Notes: generated by a model from the letters alone, not told the origin. A stretch of 64,000 bases of DNA from Chrysomallon squamiferum (GCA_012295275.1 CM022668.1:13640001-13704000); one strand, 5' to 3'. Positions 15,977 through 28,849 are shown, counted from the stretch's first letter. Translations and numbers: made by a program.

Positions 15977-16513
15977 TATAGATGTTCTTGATTGTTTCTA
16001 CACATATGTAATCATGTACTCTTGTTTCTTTATTACAGTAATTTATCTCACTATTTTTTAAGCATAAATATTTATCACTAGGACTTACAAAATAATTAGC
16101 ATTGATTTATTGATTTATAATACAGATAATCAAAAGTTTATGTTTCTAATTAATTTATTTTATATTTTGTAATATTAGTGTGCATCAGTCAGATATTCTA
16201 TACTTATGTATTGAGATATATAACTTTAAATCATCATTTCTGACCTTAACTTGGTTTGTCTGTTTCTGTTTCGGTTGTATGTCTTTATCAGGAGTGGCTT
16301 TTACTTCGGTGATATTATGTTGGTCTTTAAGTATATTAAGGAACAAATGCTATTCCACTTAATGAGAAGGTTTAGAGAAAATATCATTTGCTGAAGACTG
16401 AAAAAGAGTAACCCCAGTGTAAGATAGTTATATCTTTCACTTGTTATTATCAGATTGATCGTTTACTGTATGTATGATTCTACAAAACTGTAAATTATAA
16501 ATCATAATTAAAT

Positions 16514-16544
16514 CTCTCTCTCTCTCTCTCCTCTCCCTCTCCCT

Positions 16545-16615
<71 letters not shown>

Positions 16616-16630
16616 TCCCTCTCTCTCTCC
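16514..16630. repeat. (CT)n microsatellite; similar tracts at 38455-38550 and 43059-43157
   Basis: Direct reading of the sequence. Confidence 0.95.
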
Positions 16631-16911
16631 CACTCTCCCACTGTCCCTCGCCCTCATACTTACATATTAAGAACTGAGTGGTGTGTTATTATATAGGTCG
16701 ACAATCCTTTACAGGAACTGTTTATGGAATATAATGAAATAGACTGAAAACAGAATCTTAGTCTAAATAGGAATTCCATTTATATTTCTGATACAGCTTA
16801 TTTATAAAATAATATTTGTAATAATCTTGTACAATATTTATGAGAGAGTTAATATTCAGTTGTTAGTTGTTTGCTTTTAGTTTTTATCTCAAACATCTTA
16901 CTGAGGCTTGT

Positions 16912-17996
16912 TTAACTCGTAAACCAAGTCCAGACTTTTGTAAGGACATGTCTAACAGCATTCAGGAAAGTGTCGTTTGTTTCTGCTTCCTTTCTCACTT
17001 CATTTCTTGCCTGTCTCCTATAGTTTTCTTCTTTTTCTCTGAGCTTTTTTTCCATTTCCATCTGTCTCGTTTTTGCCCTCATCTCGGCCTTCTGCTGCTC
17101 CATTTCCATTTCTTTGAGTTTTCTCAAATTTTCTTTCACAAACTTCTCTTCTATTCTTCGTTTTTCTCGTTCTCCATCTTTCTGCTTCAATAGTTCCTCT
17201 TCGCGTTTTCTTATTTCTTTTTCTTTCTCCTTCAATATTTTCTCACTGCCTTCTTTTGCTTCTTTTTCCAATTTCTCCTTGAATTCTCTCTCAATTTTTT
17301 CTCGCTCCTTTTGTAGTTCTTCTTCTTTCTTTTTAAGGATTTCTTTTTCACGCTTTTGTACTTCTTTTTCAGCTACTTTCAATAATTCTGATTTATAACA
17401 TTCGCGATTATTTTCTTCGACATTTTTTTGTATCATCTCGATCAGGTGAAGAACCATTTCTTCTTTTTTTTTCTCATCTCTTTCGCGATTGTTGAATCCG
17501 ACATATCTTCTTCCACATTTGTTGATTAATTCTTTTAGGTTATCTGGTGCCGCAGACAGAAAACCTTCCAGAGTGTTTCCGTCTTCTTCAAGATCGTCTA
17601 CTCGGGTGAACAGCAAGAACAGGTAATCAAACAATGCATTTCCAAATACGTCCTCGAAGTACTCAATTGTATTTTGTTCTTCTGGAGTAAACCTCTTCAC
17701 CTGCAGAACCATGATGAAAGCATGTGGTCCTGGAGCACTCATCGTTATACACTGGATGATTTCTTTCGTAATCTGTCTTTGTGATCGTTCAGTGTCGAAT
17801 GCTCCTGGCGTATCAACGATGACAATATCATGACCAAATCGAGTTTTATGTTTTACCTTGCAGGTTGAAGTAACTGAAGAAGCACTAGCTTCAGAATCAA
17901 AACATTTCTCTCCTAGGATGGTATTTGCTGACGCACTTTTTCCTGAGCCAGTAATTCCAATCAAAACAAGTCGCAGTTCATCTTCAATAAAGGAAT
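16912..17996 (-). CDS. GIMAP/AIG1-family GTPase, main coding exon of gene A (AIG1 domain, E/K-rich coiled coil, aromatic amphipathic C-terminus)
   Basis: Motifs LRLVLIG-ITGSGKS (G1), SVT (G2), DTPG (G3), conserved box APGPHAF...RFTPEE, FTRVD (G4), FNN (G5). The ORF-track start at 18021 is not an ATG. A polypyrimidine acceptor tattctttcag|AT TCC precedes 17996 (phase 1). Stop TAA at 16914-16912. Confidence 0.93.
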
Positions 17997-18624
17997 CTGA
18001 AAGAATATAAGATACACTCAATGTTACAATGTAGAATCGAAGTAATTATTTTAATTTTCTTAGTGTTGCCCTTATTCTTGTTAACATTGCTAAATATTAC
18101 TATTATCATTATTATGGCTTATGTAATTGTCTCTATTTCTGTAAGTCTATGTGTCGGTATAAGTAGTATTATTTTTCTCTTGTTTTCCTGCTCTTGTTGT
18201 TAATACAATCAAAATAATCACTATTATCAACATTATCGCCATTTCAATTAATTTAACCACTAATAGCACGGTATTACAACTACTATCATTACAACTCTAC
18301 TCTTACTTCTTCTCAAACCACTGTTACTAGTACAACCATTGCATCACACCCACTGATATCACTCTCTACAAATACTATTACTACTCTCTCTAAAACTATT
18401 ATTACTACTCTCACTACAACTATTTTGACTCCTTCTTTGCAAATACTGTTACTATTCTCTCTACAACTAATATTACTACTCTTGCAACAATTACTATTAC
18501 TACTCTGTCTACAGCTACCAATACTACTATCTATACAACTAATATTACTATGTTCTACAAAATCTATTACTACTTTCTCAATAACTAATATTACTACTTT
18601 CTCCACTTCTGGTGATTGTTCCAC

Positions 18625-18964
18625 CTTTTTTGATGGCTGGACTCTTTGAAATGGCTGCACTTCTTTTGGTGGCTTCGTATGTGGTGGAGCTGTAGACTGA
18701 GACTTTTAAAAAGAAAGGTAAAATGAACATATAAAACGAAAATCAAAATTTTATTGCAAAATTACTGTATATCTGTTTTTGATTGAATTTGTGTACATAT
18801 GTGTGTACGCATACCTGCACATATTATGTAATATAACTTTATAAATATAAGATTTTATTTATTTTCTTATTCGAAAGCGGTGGTGTCTTTAAACAAATAT
18901 TCATTCATTTGTTGCTTATCTATCTATCTATCTATCTATCTCTGTATCTATCTCTGTATCTCTG

Positions 18965-18999
<35 letters not shown>

Positions 19000-19562
19000 T
19001 TATGTATCTATCTATCTATCTACCTATCTATTTACTTATTTACCCCACTTATTCTTAGCATATTTTCAGACACGAATTATTATTATTATTTTTTAAAATC
19101 TGTTATTAGTTAAATAATTAAAGTAATGATTTAATGATAATCACATTTTGTTCTAAACGCTTCCCTAATTCAGAAACTGAAATATTTTCATCATCTAGAA
19201 TATAATTCGAAAATAGTAAGTTTTTGTCTCTGTATATAATTATATCTGTCTATCTATGTACGAATGTATGTACCTTTTTTGATGGCTCGACTCTTTGCAA
19301 TGGCTGCACTTGCTTTGCTGGCTACGTATGTGGTGGAGCGGTAGACTGAGACTTTTAAAAAGAAAGGTAAAATGAACATATAAAACGAAAATCAAAATTT
19401 TATTGCAAAATTACTGTATATCTGTTTTTGATTGAATTTGTGTACACGTGTGTACGCATACCTGCACATATTATGTAATATAACTTTATAAATATAAGAT
19501 TTTATTTATTTTCTTATTCGAAAGCGGTCGTGTCTTTAAACAAATATTCATTCATTTGTTGC

Positions 19563-19614
<52 letters not shown>

Positions 19615-19639
19615 GTATCTATCTATCTATCTATCTCTA

Positions 19640-19708
<69 letters not shown>

Positions 19709-20575
19709 GTCTATCTATCTATCTATCTCTATATCTACCTACCTATCTATCTTTCTATTTACTTATTTACCCCACTTATTCTTAGCATTTTGCTCAGACA
19801 CGAATTATTATTTTTTTCTTTAAATCTGTTATTAGTTAAATAAGTAAAGTAATGATTTAATGATGCTCACCTTTTGTTCTAAACGCTTCCCTAATTCAGA
19901 AACTGAAATATTTCATCATCTAGAATATAATTCGAAAAGAGTAAGTTTTTGTCTCTGTATATAATTATATCCGTCTATCTATGTACGAATGTATGTACCT
20001 TTTTTGATGGCTGGACTCTTTGAAATGGCTGCACTTGTTTTGGTGGATTCGTGTGTGGTGGAGCGGTAGACTGAGACTTTTAAAAAGAAAGGTAAAATGA
20101 ACATATAAAATGAAAATCAAAATTTTATTTCAAAATTACTGTATATCTATTTTTGATTGAATTTGTGTACATATATGTGTACGCATTCCTGTACATATTA
20201 TGTAATATAACCTTATAAATATAAGATTTTATTTATTTTCTTATTCGAAAGCGGTGGTGTCTTTAAACAAATATTCATTCATTTGTTCCTTATCTATCTA
20301 TCTATCTATCTATCTATGTATCTATCTATCTATCTATCTGTTTACTTATTTACCCCACTTATTCTTAGCATTTTGTTCAGACAAGAATTATTATTATTTT
20401 TTTAAATCTGTTATTAGTTAAATAATTAAAGTAGTGATTTAATGATGTTCACCTTTTGTTCTAAACGCTTCCCTAATTCAGAAACTGAAATATTTTCATC
20501 ATCTAGAACATAATTCGAAAAGTGTACGTTTTTGTCTCTGTATATAATTGTATCCGTCTATTTACGAATGTATGT
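18625..20575 (-). repeat. Second copy of the cassette array (3 units)
   Basis: Cassettes at 18625-18696, 19274-19345 (TAG in the phase-0 frame) and 19999-20070; same unit sequence as 23.0-26.8 kb. Confidence 0.9.
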
Positions 20576-20876
20576 GTCAATATATGAATGAATGTTTGCA
20601 TTTTTCTTACTATATATCTTCAAACCTATCTATCTATACATGAGGAATAAAATAAGCAATACCGAATTCACAGACCTATAATGGTGCGAATTAAGAAAAC
20701 AGCGCATTTTCCTGAATAATTTATTGCTTAATAACATGACTTTAGTGGAGGTACTGAATACAGATACAACAACAAGCAGTGCTCGTGAAATGTCATTGTT
20801 GAAATCAGGTTTGTTTTAATTATATGTCATATTCTCTCCTGTTAGTTTGCACTGAATACTCAGTATAATCATTGTC

Positions 20877-21300
20877 ATGGCATGTCGTAAATAGTAAGAC
20901 TCTACAAAGCGTCAGATTATTGACATCAGAAATGCAGGACTGTCCCTCAGCCAAACTGGACGTCAATATCAGTGCAGTATTTCCAGCATTTCAAGACAGA
21001 TAAACAAAGACAGGGTTGTCACTGATGTTAAAGATCGTCCAAGAGCTGGCAGAGCCCGGAAGACGATAATAAGAGAGTACAGAACATAGCTGAGTCTTGC
21101 TAGATTCCTTACAGGGAACACAAACACATCTTTAAAACAGCAGTGGTTACCAGGGACAGCTATTTTCTACAGTAGTCAGGAATCTGCTAAAAGCAGAAAG
21201 ATACAGAGACAGAAGACACATCAAATGTATAAAACTGTCTTCAGCTCACAAAGCAGCACGACTTGTCTGATATAATCAGCGTGTTCACTGAAACACTGCA
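20877..21300 (+). mobile_element. Degenerate Tc1/mariner transposase N-terminal (HTH) fragment
   Basis: Translation with stops gives ...RQIIDIRNAGLSLSQTGRQYQCSISSISRQINK...VKDRPRAGRARKT...VRNLLKA...LSSAHKAARL, typical of the Tc1 paired-like DNA-binding domain. No DDE domain. Confidence 0.8.
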
Positions 21301-21619
21301 ACTTTTCATATGACAGCTCGTTGTTGCTTGACATAAAGGTCTGCAAGTTACAGTGCCGTGTTATTGTTACGCTTCGAGCTTTTTTTGGCACTGATCATCC
21401 CCGACCGCCCCTCCGCGCCAATTTCAAACTCTCCTTTCGTACACTGTATTGGAATAATATTATACATCAAGTAATTGTTTGAGGAACAAAGAAAATAATA
21501 TCATCTTATCAGACAACCTTTAATTAGCATGAAGCAAAGGCACATCAAAATATCGGTAGTGTACTGTAAAGTTAAATACACCTATTCCTACAAAGGTATC
21601 TAGGTACTTAAACATTTAT

Positions 21620-21870
21620 CTCGTTAATGTGTCAACAAATTAATCCGAAATATTGTTAAAATTTAATTTCCAGAGCACAGATGAGTCTATATCCATTAAT
21701 GCCAAATTACTGAGCGTTTTATCTTTCAGACTTGATCACAGGTAGCTGTTTAAGAGCAGAAAATGAGCTCTCTCCAAAACAGTTTTTATCGAGAAGTAAC
21801 AAGGAAATATGTACAAAAAATTAAATATTTTTCGAAACGTTTCTTCCATTTAATTTTTAGCAGTTTACGA
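21620..21870 (-). mobile_element. hAT dimerisation-domain relic (duplicate at ~27830-28080)
   Basis: Homologous to 28850-29110; reads NCFGESSFSALK...TLSNLALMDIDS with frameshifts. Confidence 0.65.
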
Positions 21871-22940
21871 TTGGGTCGGTGGGTGGGGGGTAAACCCCAT
21901 CCGGCTCTGAATATTTTTCAAAATTTAGCATAAATTTACCAAAGTATTTCTGTTTTATGTAGACTAACCATTAGCATCTCGTATCAACGAGAAAATTAAT
22001 TTCATTGACGCGCATGCAGCGTTTGCCGCGCACATAGTTATGTCATTTAACACTATAAAAATAAGAATAATAAGTTTCAAAATTAAAAAAGAAGAACATG
22101 AACTCCACTAATACTAAGTAAATAATAATTTTTTATTGCAGTATTAAATATTCTAATTCTGAGTAATAAATATTTTCTTTTGTGTAATTGTGCCTATATT
22201 TCTGTAAGTCTATGTATCGGTATAAGTATCCTTCTTCTTTTTCTCGTTTTTTCCTGCTCTTGTTATTGATTCAATTAAATAATCACTATCATCAACATTA
22301 TGGTCACTTCAATTAACTTACCCACTAATACCACGATATTACAACTACTATCATTACAACTCTACTCTTACTTCATCTCAAACCACTGTTACTGGTACAA
22401 CCATTGTATCACACCCACTGATATCACTCTCTACAAATACTATTACTACTCTCTCTAAAACTATTATTACTACTCGCTCTACAACTATTGTTACTTCTTC
22501 TTTACAAATACTGTTACCAGTCTCTATACAACTACTCTTACTACTCTCTCTGAAACTGCTAGGACTATTCTCTCTACAACTAATATTACTAATCTTGTAA
22601 CAATTACTATTACCACTCTGTCTACAGCTACCATTACTACTATCTATACAACTAATATTACTACGTTCTACCAAATCTATTACTACTATCTCAATAACTA
22701 ATATTATTCTACAATTATTACTACTATCTCTACAGCTACTTCTACCACTCCTACTACTATTACATTAATTACTGGTTTAATTAATGCAACTGCTGTCACC
22801 AATAGTATTCTTGCGGCGACATGGTGTAGTAAAAGTGTTAAAATATATACTACATGAATGGCGATTCAGCATTTACCATTTTGCGTATTTTTGAAATTTT
22901 TTTCTTGAATGATCAATATTACAAACTGTGATACACATAC

Positions 22941-23115
22941 CCTTTGATAAATCTGAACCATATTTTGGCTCGACGTATTCTGACGGTTCGATTTCTTTTG
23001 ATAGCTCGACTTGTGATTTCTGGACTTCTGGTGATCGTTCCACCTTTTTTGATGGCTGGACTCTTTGTAATGGCTGCACTTGTTTTGGTGGCTTCGTATG
23101 TGGTGGAGCTGCAGA
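22941..23115 (-). CDS. Putative 175-bp internal exon of gene A encoding a P/E/V/K/Q-rich linker (SAAPPHTKPPKQVQPLQRVQPSKKVERSPEVQKSQVELSKEIEPSEYVEPKYGSDLSK)
   Basis: Acceptor ctttctttttaaaagtctcag|TCT and donor AAGG|GTATGT. Read in phase 0 it ends in phase 1, in frame with the AIG1 acceptor at 17996. Internal V[QE]P-S-K-like periodicity of about 6 aa. Confidence 0.55.
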
Positions 23116-23934
23116 CTGAGACTTTTAAAAAGAAAGGTAAAATGAACATATAAAACGAAAATCAAAATTTTATTGCAAAATTACTGTATATCTATTTTAG
23201 ATTGAATTTGTGTACATATGTGTGTACGCATACCTGCACATATTATGTAATATAACTTTATAAATATAAGATTTTATTTATTTTCTTATTCGAAAGCGGT
23301 GGTCTCTTTAAACAATTATTCATTCATTTGTTGCTTATTTATGTATCTATCTCTGTAACTATCTATCTATTTATGTATCTATTTACTTATTTACCCCACT
23401 TATTCTTAGCATTTTGCTCAGACTCGAATTATTATTATTATTTTTAAATCTGTTATTAGGTAAATAAGTAAAGTAATGATTTAATGATAATCACCTTTTG
23501 TTCTAAACGCTTCCCTAATTCAGAAATTGAAATATTTTCATCATCTAGAATATAATTCGAAAAGAGTAAGTTTTTGTCTCTGTATATAATTATATCTGTC
23601 TATCTATGTACGAATGTATGTACCTTTTTTGATGGCTGGACTCTTTGTAATGGCTGCACTTGCTTTGGTGGCTTCGTATGTGGTGGAGCGGTAGACTGAG
23701 ACTTTTAAAAAGAAAGGTAAAATGAACATATAAAACGAAAACCAAAATTTTATTCCAAATTATTGTATATCTGTTTTTGATTGAATTTGTGTACATATGT
23801 GTGTACGCATACCTGCACATATTATGTAATATAACTTTATAAATATAAGATTTTATTTATTTTCTTATTCGAAAGCGGTGATGTCTTTAAACAAATATTC
23901 ATTCATTTGTTGCTTATCTATCTATTTATGTATA

Positions 23935-23971
<37 letters not shown>

Positions 23972-24532
23972 CTATATCTACCTACCTATCTATCTATCTG
24001 TTTACTTATTTACCCCACTTATTCTTAGCATTTTGCTCAGACACGAATTATTATTATTTTTTTTAAATCTGTTGTTAGGTAAATAAGTAAAGTAATGATT
24101 TAATGATAATCACCTTTTGTTCTAAACGCTTCCCTAATTCAGAAATTGAAATATTTTCATCATCTAGAATATAATTCGAAAAGAGTAAGTTGTTTTTCTG
24201 TGTATAATTATATCCGTCTATCTATGTACGAATGTATTTACCTTTTTTGATGGCTGGACTCTTTGTAATGGCTGCACTTGTTTTGCTGGCTTCGTATATG
24301 GTGAAGCGGTAGACTGAGACTTTTAAAAAGAAAGGTAAAATGAACATATAAAACGAAAATCAAAATTTTATTGCAAAATTACTGTATATCTATTTTTGAT
24401 TGAATTTGTGTACATATGTGTGTACGCATACCTGCACATATTATGTAATATAACTTTATAAATATAAGATTTTATTTATTTTCTTATTCGAAAGCGGTGG
24501 TGTCTTTAAACAAATATTCATTCATTTGTTGC

Positions 24533-24584
<52 letters not shown>

Positions 24585-25223
24585 GTATGTATCTATCTAT
24601 CTATCTGTCTGTCTATCTATCTATCTATTTATGTATCTATCTATCTATCTATCTATCTATCAATCTCTGTATCTACCTACCTATCTATCTTTCTATTTAC
24701 TTACTTACCCCACTTATTCTTAGCATTTTGCTCAGACACGAATTATTATTATTTTTATTTTAAATCTGTTATTAGTTAAATAAGTAAAGTAATGATTTAA
24801 TAATAATCACCTTTTGTTCTAAACGCTTCCCTAATTCAGAAACTGAAATATTTTCATCATCTAGAATATAATTCGAAAAGTGTAAATTTTTGTCTCTGTA
24901 TATAATTATATCCGTCTATCTATGTACGAATGTATATACCTTTTTTGATGACTGGACTCTTTGAAATGGCTGCACTTGTTTTGGTGGCTTCGTATGTGGT
25001 GGAGCGGTAGACTGAGACTTTTAAAAAGAAAGGTAAAATGAACATATAAAACGAAATTCAAAATTTTATTGCACAATTACCGTATATCTATTTTTGATTG
25101 AATTTGTGTACATATGTGTGTACGCATACCTGCACATAGTATAACTTTATAAATATAAGATTTTATTTATTTTCTTATTCGAAAGCGGTGGTGTCTTTAA
25201 ACAATTATTTATTCTTTTGTTGC

Positions 25224-25290
<67 letters not shown>

Positions 25291-26785
25291 CCTACCTATC
25301 TATCTTTCTATTTACTTACTTACCCCACTTATTCTTAGCATTTTGCTCAGACACGAATTATTATTATTTTTTTTAAATCTGTTATTAGTTAAATAAGTAA
25401 AGTAATGATTTAATAATGCTCACCTTTTGTTCTAAACGCTTCCCTAATTCAGAAACTGAAATATTTCATCATCTAGAATATAATTCGAAAAGAGTAAGTT
25501 TTTGTCTCTGTATATAATTATATCCGTCTATCTATGTACGAATGTATGTACCTTTTTTGATGGCTGGACTCTTTGAAATAGCTGCACTTGTTTTGGTGGA
25601 GCTGCAGACTGAGACTTTTAAAAAGAAAGGTAAAAATGAACAAATAAAACGAAAATCAAAATTTTATTGCAAAATTACTGTATATCTGTTTTTGATTGAA
25701 TTTGTGTACATATGTCTGTACGCATACCTGCACATATTATGTAACATAACTTTATAAATATAAGATTTTATTTATTTTCTTATTCGAAATCGGTGTTCTC
25801 TTTAAAAAATTATGTATTCATTTGTTGCTTATCTCCCTACCTATATGTCTATGTAGCTATCTATGTATCTATCTATCTATCTATCTATCTATATATCTGT
25901 TTACTTATTTACCCCACTTATTCTTAGCGTTTTGTTCAGACACGAATTGTTATTATTTTTTTTTTAATCTGTTGTTAGGTAAATAAGTAAAGTAATGATT
26001 TAATGATAATCACCTTTTGTTCTAAACGCTTCCCTAATTCAGAAATTGAAATATTTTCATCATCTAGAATATAATTCGAAAAGAGTAAGTTGTTTTTCTG
26101 TGTATAATTATATCCGTCTATCTATGTACGAATGTATGTACCTTTTTTGATGGCTGGACTCTTTGTAATGGCTGCACTTGTTTTGCTGGCTTCGTATATG
26201 GTGAAGCGGTAGACTGAGACTTTTAAAAAGAAAGGTAAAATGAACAAATAAAACGAAAATCAAAATTGTATTGCAAAATTACTGTATATCTATTTTTGAT
26301 TGAATTTGTGTACATATGTGTGTACGCATACCTGCACATATTATGTAATATAACTTTATAAATATAAGATTTTATTTATTTTCTTATTCGAAAGCGGTGG
26401 TCCGTTTAAACAATTATTCATTCATTTGTTGCTTATTTATATATCTACGTATCTATCTCTCTATTTGTCTATCTATCTATATATCCATTTATCTATCTAT
26501 TTATGTATCTATCTGTCTATCTACCTACCTATCTATGTATCTATTTACTCATTTAGCCCGCTTATTCTTAGCATTTTCCTGAGACACGAATTATTATTAT
26601 TTTTTTTAATCTGTTGTTAGGTAAATAATTAAAGTAATGATTTAATGATGCTCACCTTTTGTTGAAAACGCTTCTTTAATTCAGAAACTGAAATATTTTC
26701 ATCATCTAGAACAAAATTCGAAAAGTGTAAGTTTTTGTCTCTGTATATAATTGTATCCGTCTTATCTATGTACGAATGTATGTGT
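23044..26785 (-). repeat. Tandem array (6 units of 580-700 bp), each with an acceptor, exon-like cassette and (TATC)n
   Basis: Cassettes at 23044-23115 (continues into the 175-bp exon), 23624-23695, 24242-24313, 24940-25011, 25552-25608 (57 bp) and 26142-26213. The last five are bounded by cag|TCT...AAG|gta. Confidence 0.9.
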
Positions 26786-27084
26786 CAGTGTATGAATGAA
26801 TGTTTGCATTTTTCTTACTATATATCTTGAAACCTATCTATTTATACATGAGGACAAAAATAAGCAATACCCAATTCACAGACCTATAATGGTGTGAATT
26901 AAGAAAATAGCGCATTTTCCTGAATAATGTATTGCTGAATAACATGACTTTAGTGGAGGTACTGAATACACATACAACAACAAGCAGTGCTCGTGATATG
27001 TCATTGTTGAAATCAGGTTTGTTTTAATTATATGTCATATTCGCTCCTGTTAGTTTGCACTGAATATTCAGTATAATCATTGTC

Positions 27085-27510
27085 ATGGCACGTCGTAAAC
27101 TGTAAGACTCTACAACGTGACAGATTATTGACATCAGAAATGCAGGACTGTCCCTCAGCCAAACTGGACGTCAATATCAGTGCAATATTTCTAGCATTTC
27201 AAGAGAGATAAACAAAAACAGGGTTGTCACTGATGTTAGAGATCGTCCAAGAGCTGGCAGAGCCCGGAAGACGACAATAAGAGATTACAGAACATAGCTG
27301 AGTCTTTCTAGATTCCTTTCAGGGAACACAAGCACGTCTTTGAAACAGCAGTGGTTACCAGGGACAGCTATTTTCTACAGTACTGTCAGGAATCTGCTAA
27401 AAGCAGAAAGATACAGGGCCAGAAGACAGATCAAATCTATAAAACTGTCTTCAGCTCAGAAAGCAGCACGACTTGTCTGATGTAATCAAAGTGTTCGCTG
27501 GAACACTGCA
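27085..27510 (+). mobile_element. Duplicate of the degenerate Tc1/mariner fragment
   Basis: Near-identical to 20877-21300, copied within the segmental duplication. Confidence 0.8.
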
Positions 27511-28332
27511 ACTTTTCATACGACAGCGCAGTGCTCATTGTTGCTTGAGATAAAGGTCTGCAAGTTACAGTGCCGTATTATCCTTACTTCGAGCTTTTTT
27601 TGGCACTGATCATCCCCGACCGCCCCTCCGCGCCAATTTCAAACTCTCCTTTCGTGCAATGTATTGGAATAATATTATACATCAAGTAAATATTTGAGCA
27701 ACAAAGAAAATAATATCATCTTATCAGACAACCTTTAATTAGCATGAAGCAAAGGCACATCAAAATATCGGTAGTGTACTGGAAAGTTAAAAACACCTAT
27801 TCCTACAAAGGTATCTAGGTACTTAAACATTTATCTCGTTAATGCGTGAACAAATTGATCTAGAATATTGTTAAAATTTAATTTCCAGAGGACAGATGAG
27901 TCTATATCCATTAATGCCAAATCACTGAGCGTTTTATCTTTCAGACTCGATCAGAGGTAGGTGTTTAAGAGCAGAAAATGAGCTCTCTCCAAAACAGTTT
28001 GTATCGAGAAGTGATAAGGGAATATATAAAAGATATATACATTTTTCGAAACGTTTCTTGCATTTAATTTTAGCAGTTTAAGATTGGGTCGGTGGGTGGG
28101 GGTAACCCCCATTCGGCCCTGAATATTTATCAAAATTTAGCATAAATTTACCCAGCATTTCTGTTTAATGTAGATTAACTCACCCTTAGCATCTCTCGTA
28201 TCAACGAGAAAATTAATTTCACTGACGCGCATGAAGCGTTTGCCGCGCACATAGTTATGTCATTTAACACCAAGAGAGAAAAAGAAATTGGTTGCAAATA
28301 TCTGTTGTTAAATAATAATGATGATAATAATG

Positions 28333-28401
<69 letters not shown>

Positions 28402-28849
28402 TTTCAAATTTAAAAAAAAAAGAACATGACCTGCACTAATACTAAGCCAGTAAATAATAATTTTTGATTGTAGTATTAAATATACTAATTCTATGTAAGA
28501 AATATAATCTTTTGTGTAATTCCCATTTCCAGTAGAATGTTGAGCTCTAATTAATACTGTTACATTATGGCTGCTTTGTTGTTGTTGCAGACACAATAAA
28601 AGAGAAAAGTGTTTGAGTGATACATTTTGTCATTGAAGGTTAAGTAGTAATAACTCGGTTATTGATGTGTTCCAAAGAATTAGTTCTCTTTAGCTGGATT
28701 ACACTATTAATGGAGTAAGAAAACAAATATTTTCAGACAAATTTTAATTAGCATGAAGTAAAGCAATACCTGTACTTTACTGGTAAAGGTAAACAGAAAT
28801 ATGCCTATACAGTTATCTAGGTATACAAGAAAAGAAAAAAAAGCAAATT

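Larger units (their letters stand above)
18122..28521. repeat. Direct tandem segmental duplication (18122-22182 and 22183-28521)
   Basis: Both copies run in the same order: (CTA)-rich tract, cassette array, Tc1 fragment, hAT fragment. TGTAATT is shared at 18122, 22183 and 28515. Confidence 0.85.

Noticed and set aside
16998-18021. Treating the GIMAP ORFs as intronless genes starting at the ORF-track starts
   Set aside because: The starts are non-ATG or lie in divergent intron-like sequence, and homology among paralogs begins at phase-1 acceptors.
18313-18600. Val/Ile-rich ORF extension and its paralog 22378-22674
   Set aside because: A degenerate (TAG)n-derived tract lying downstream of the predicted donor in the intact copy, so most likely intronic.
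18625-26213. Regularly spaced conserved 72-bp blocks as a CRISPR-like array
   Set aside because: The intervening DNA is also repeated rather than unique spacers, the context is eukaryotic, and no cas genes are present.
18880-26620. Repeated IYLS-rich ORFs on the plus strand
   Set aside because: Produced by (TATC)n tracts whose length varies freely between units.
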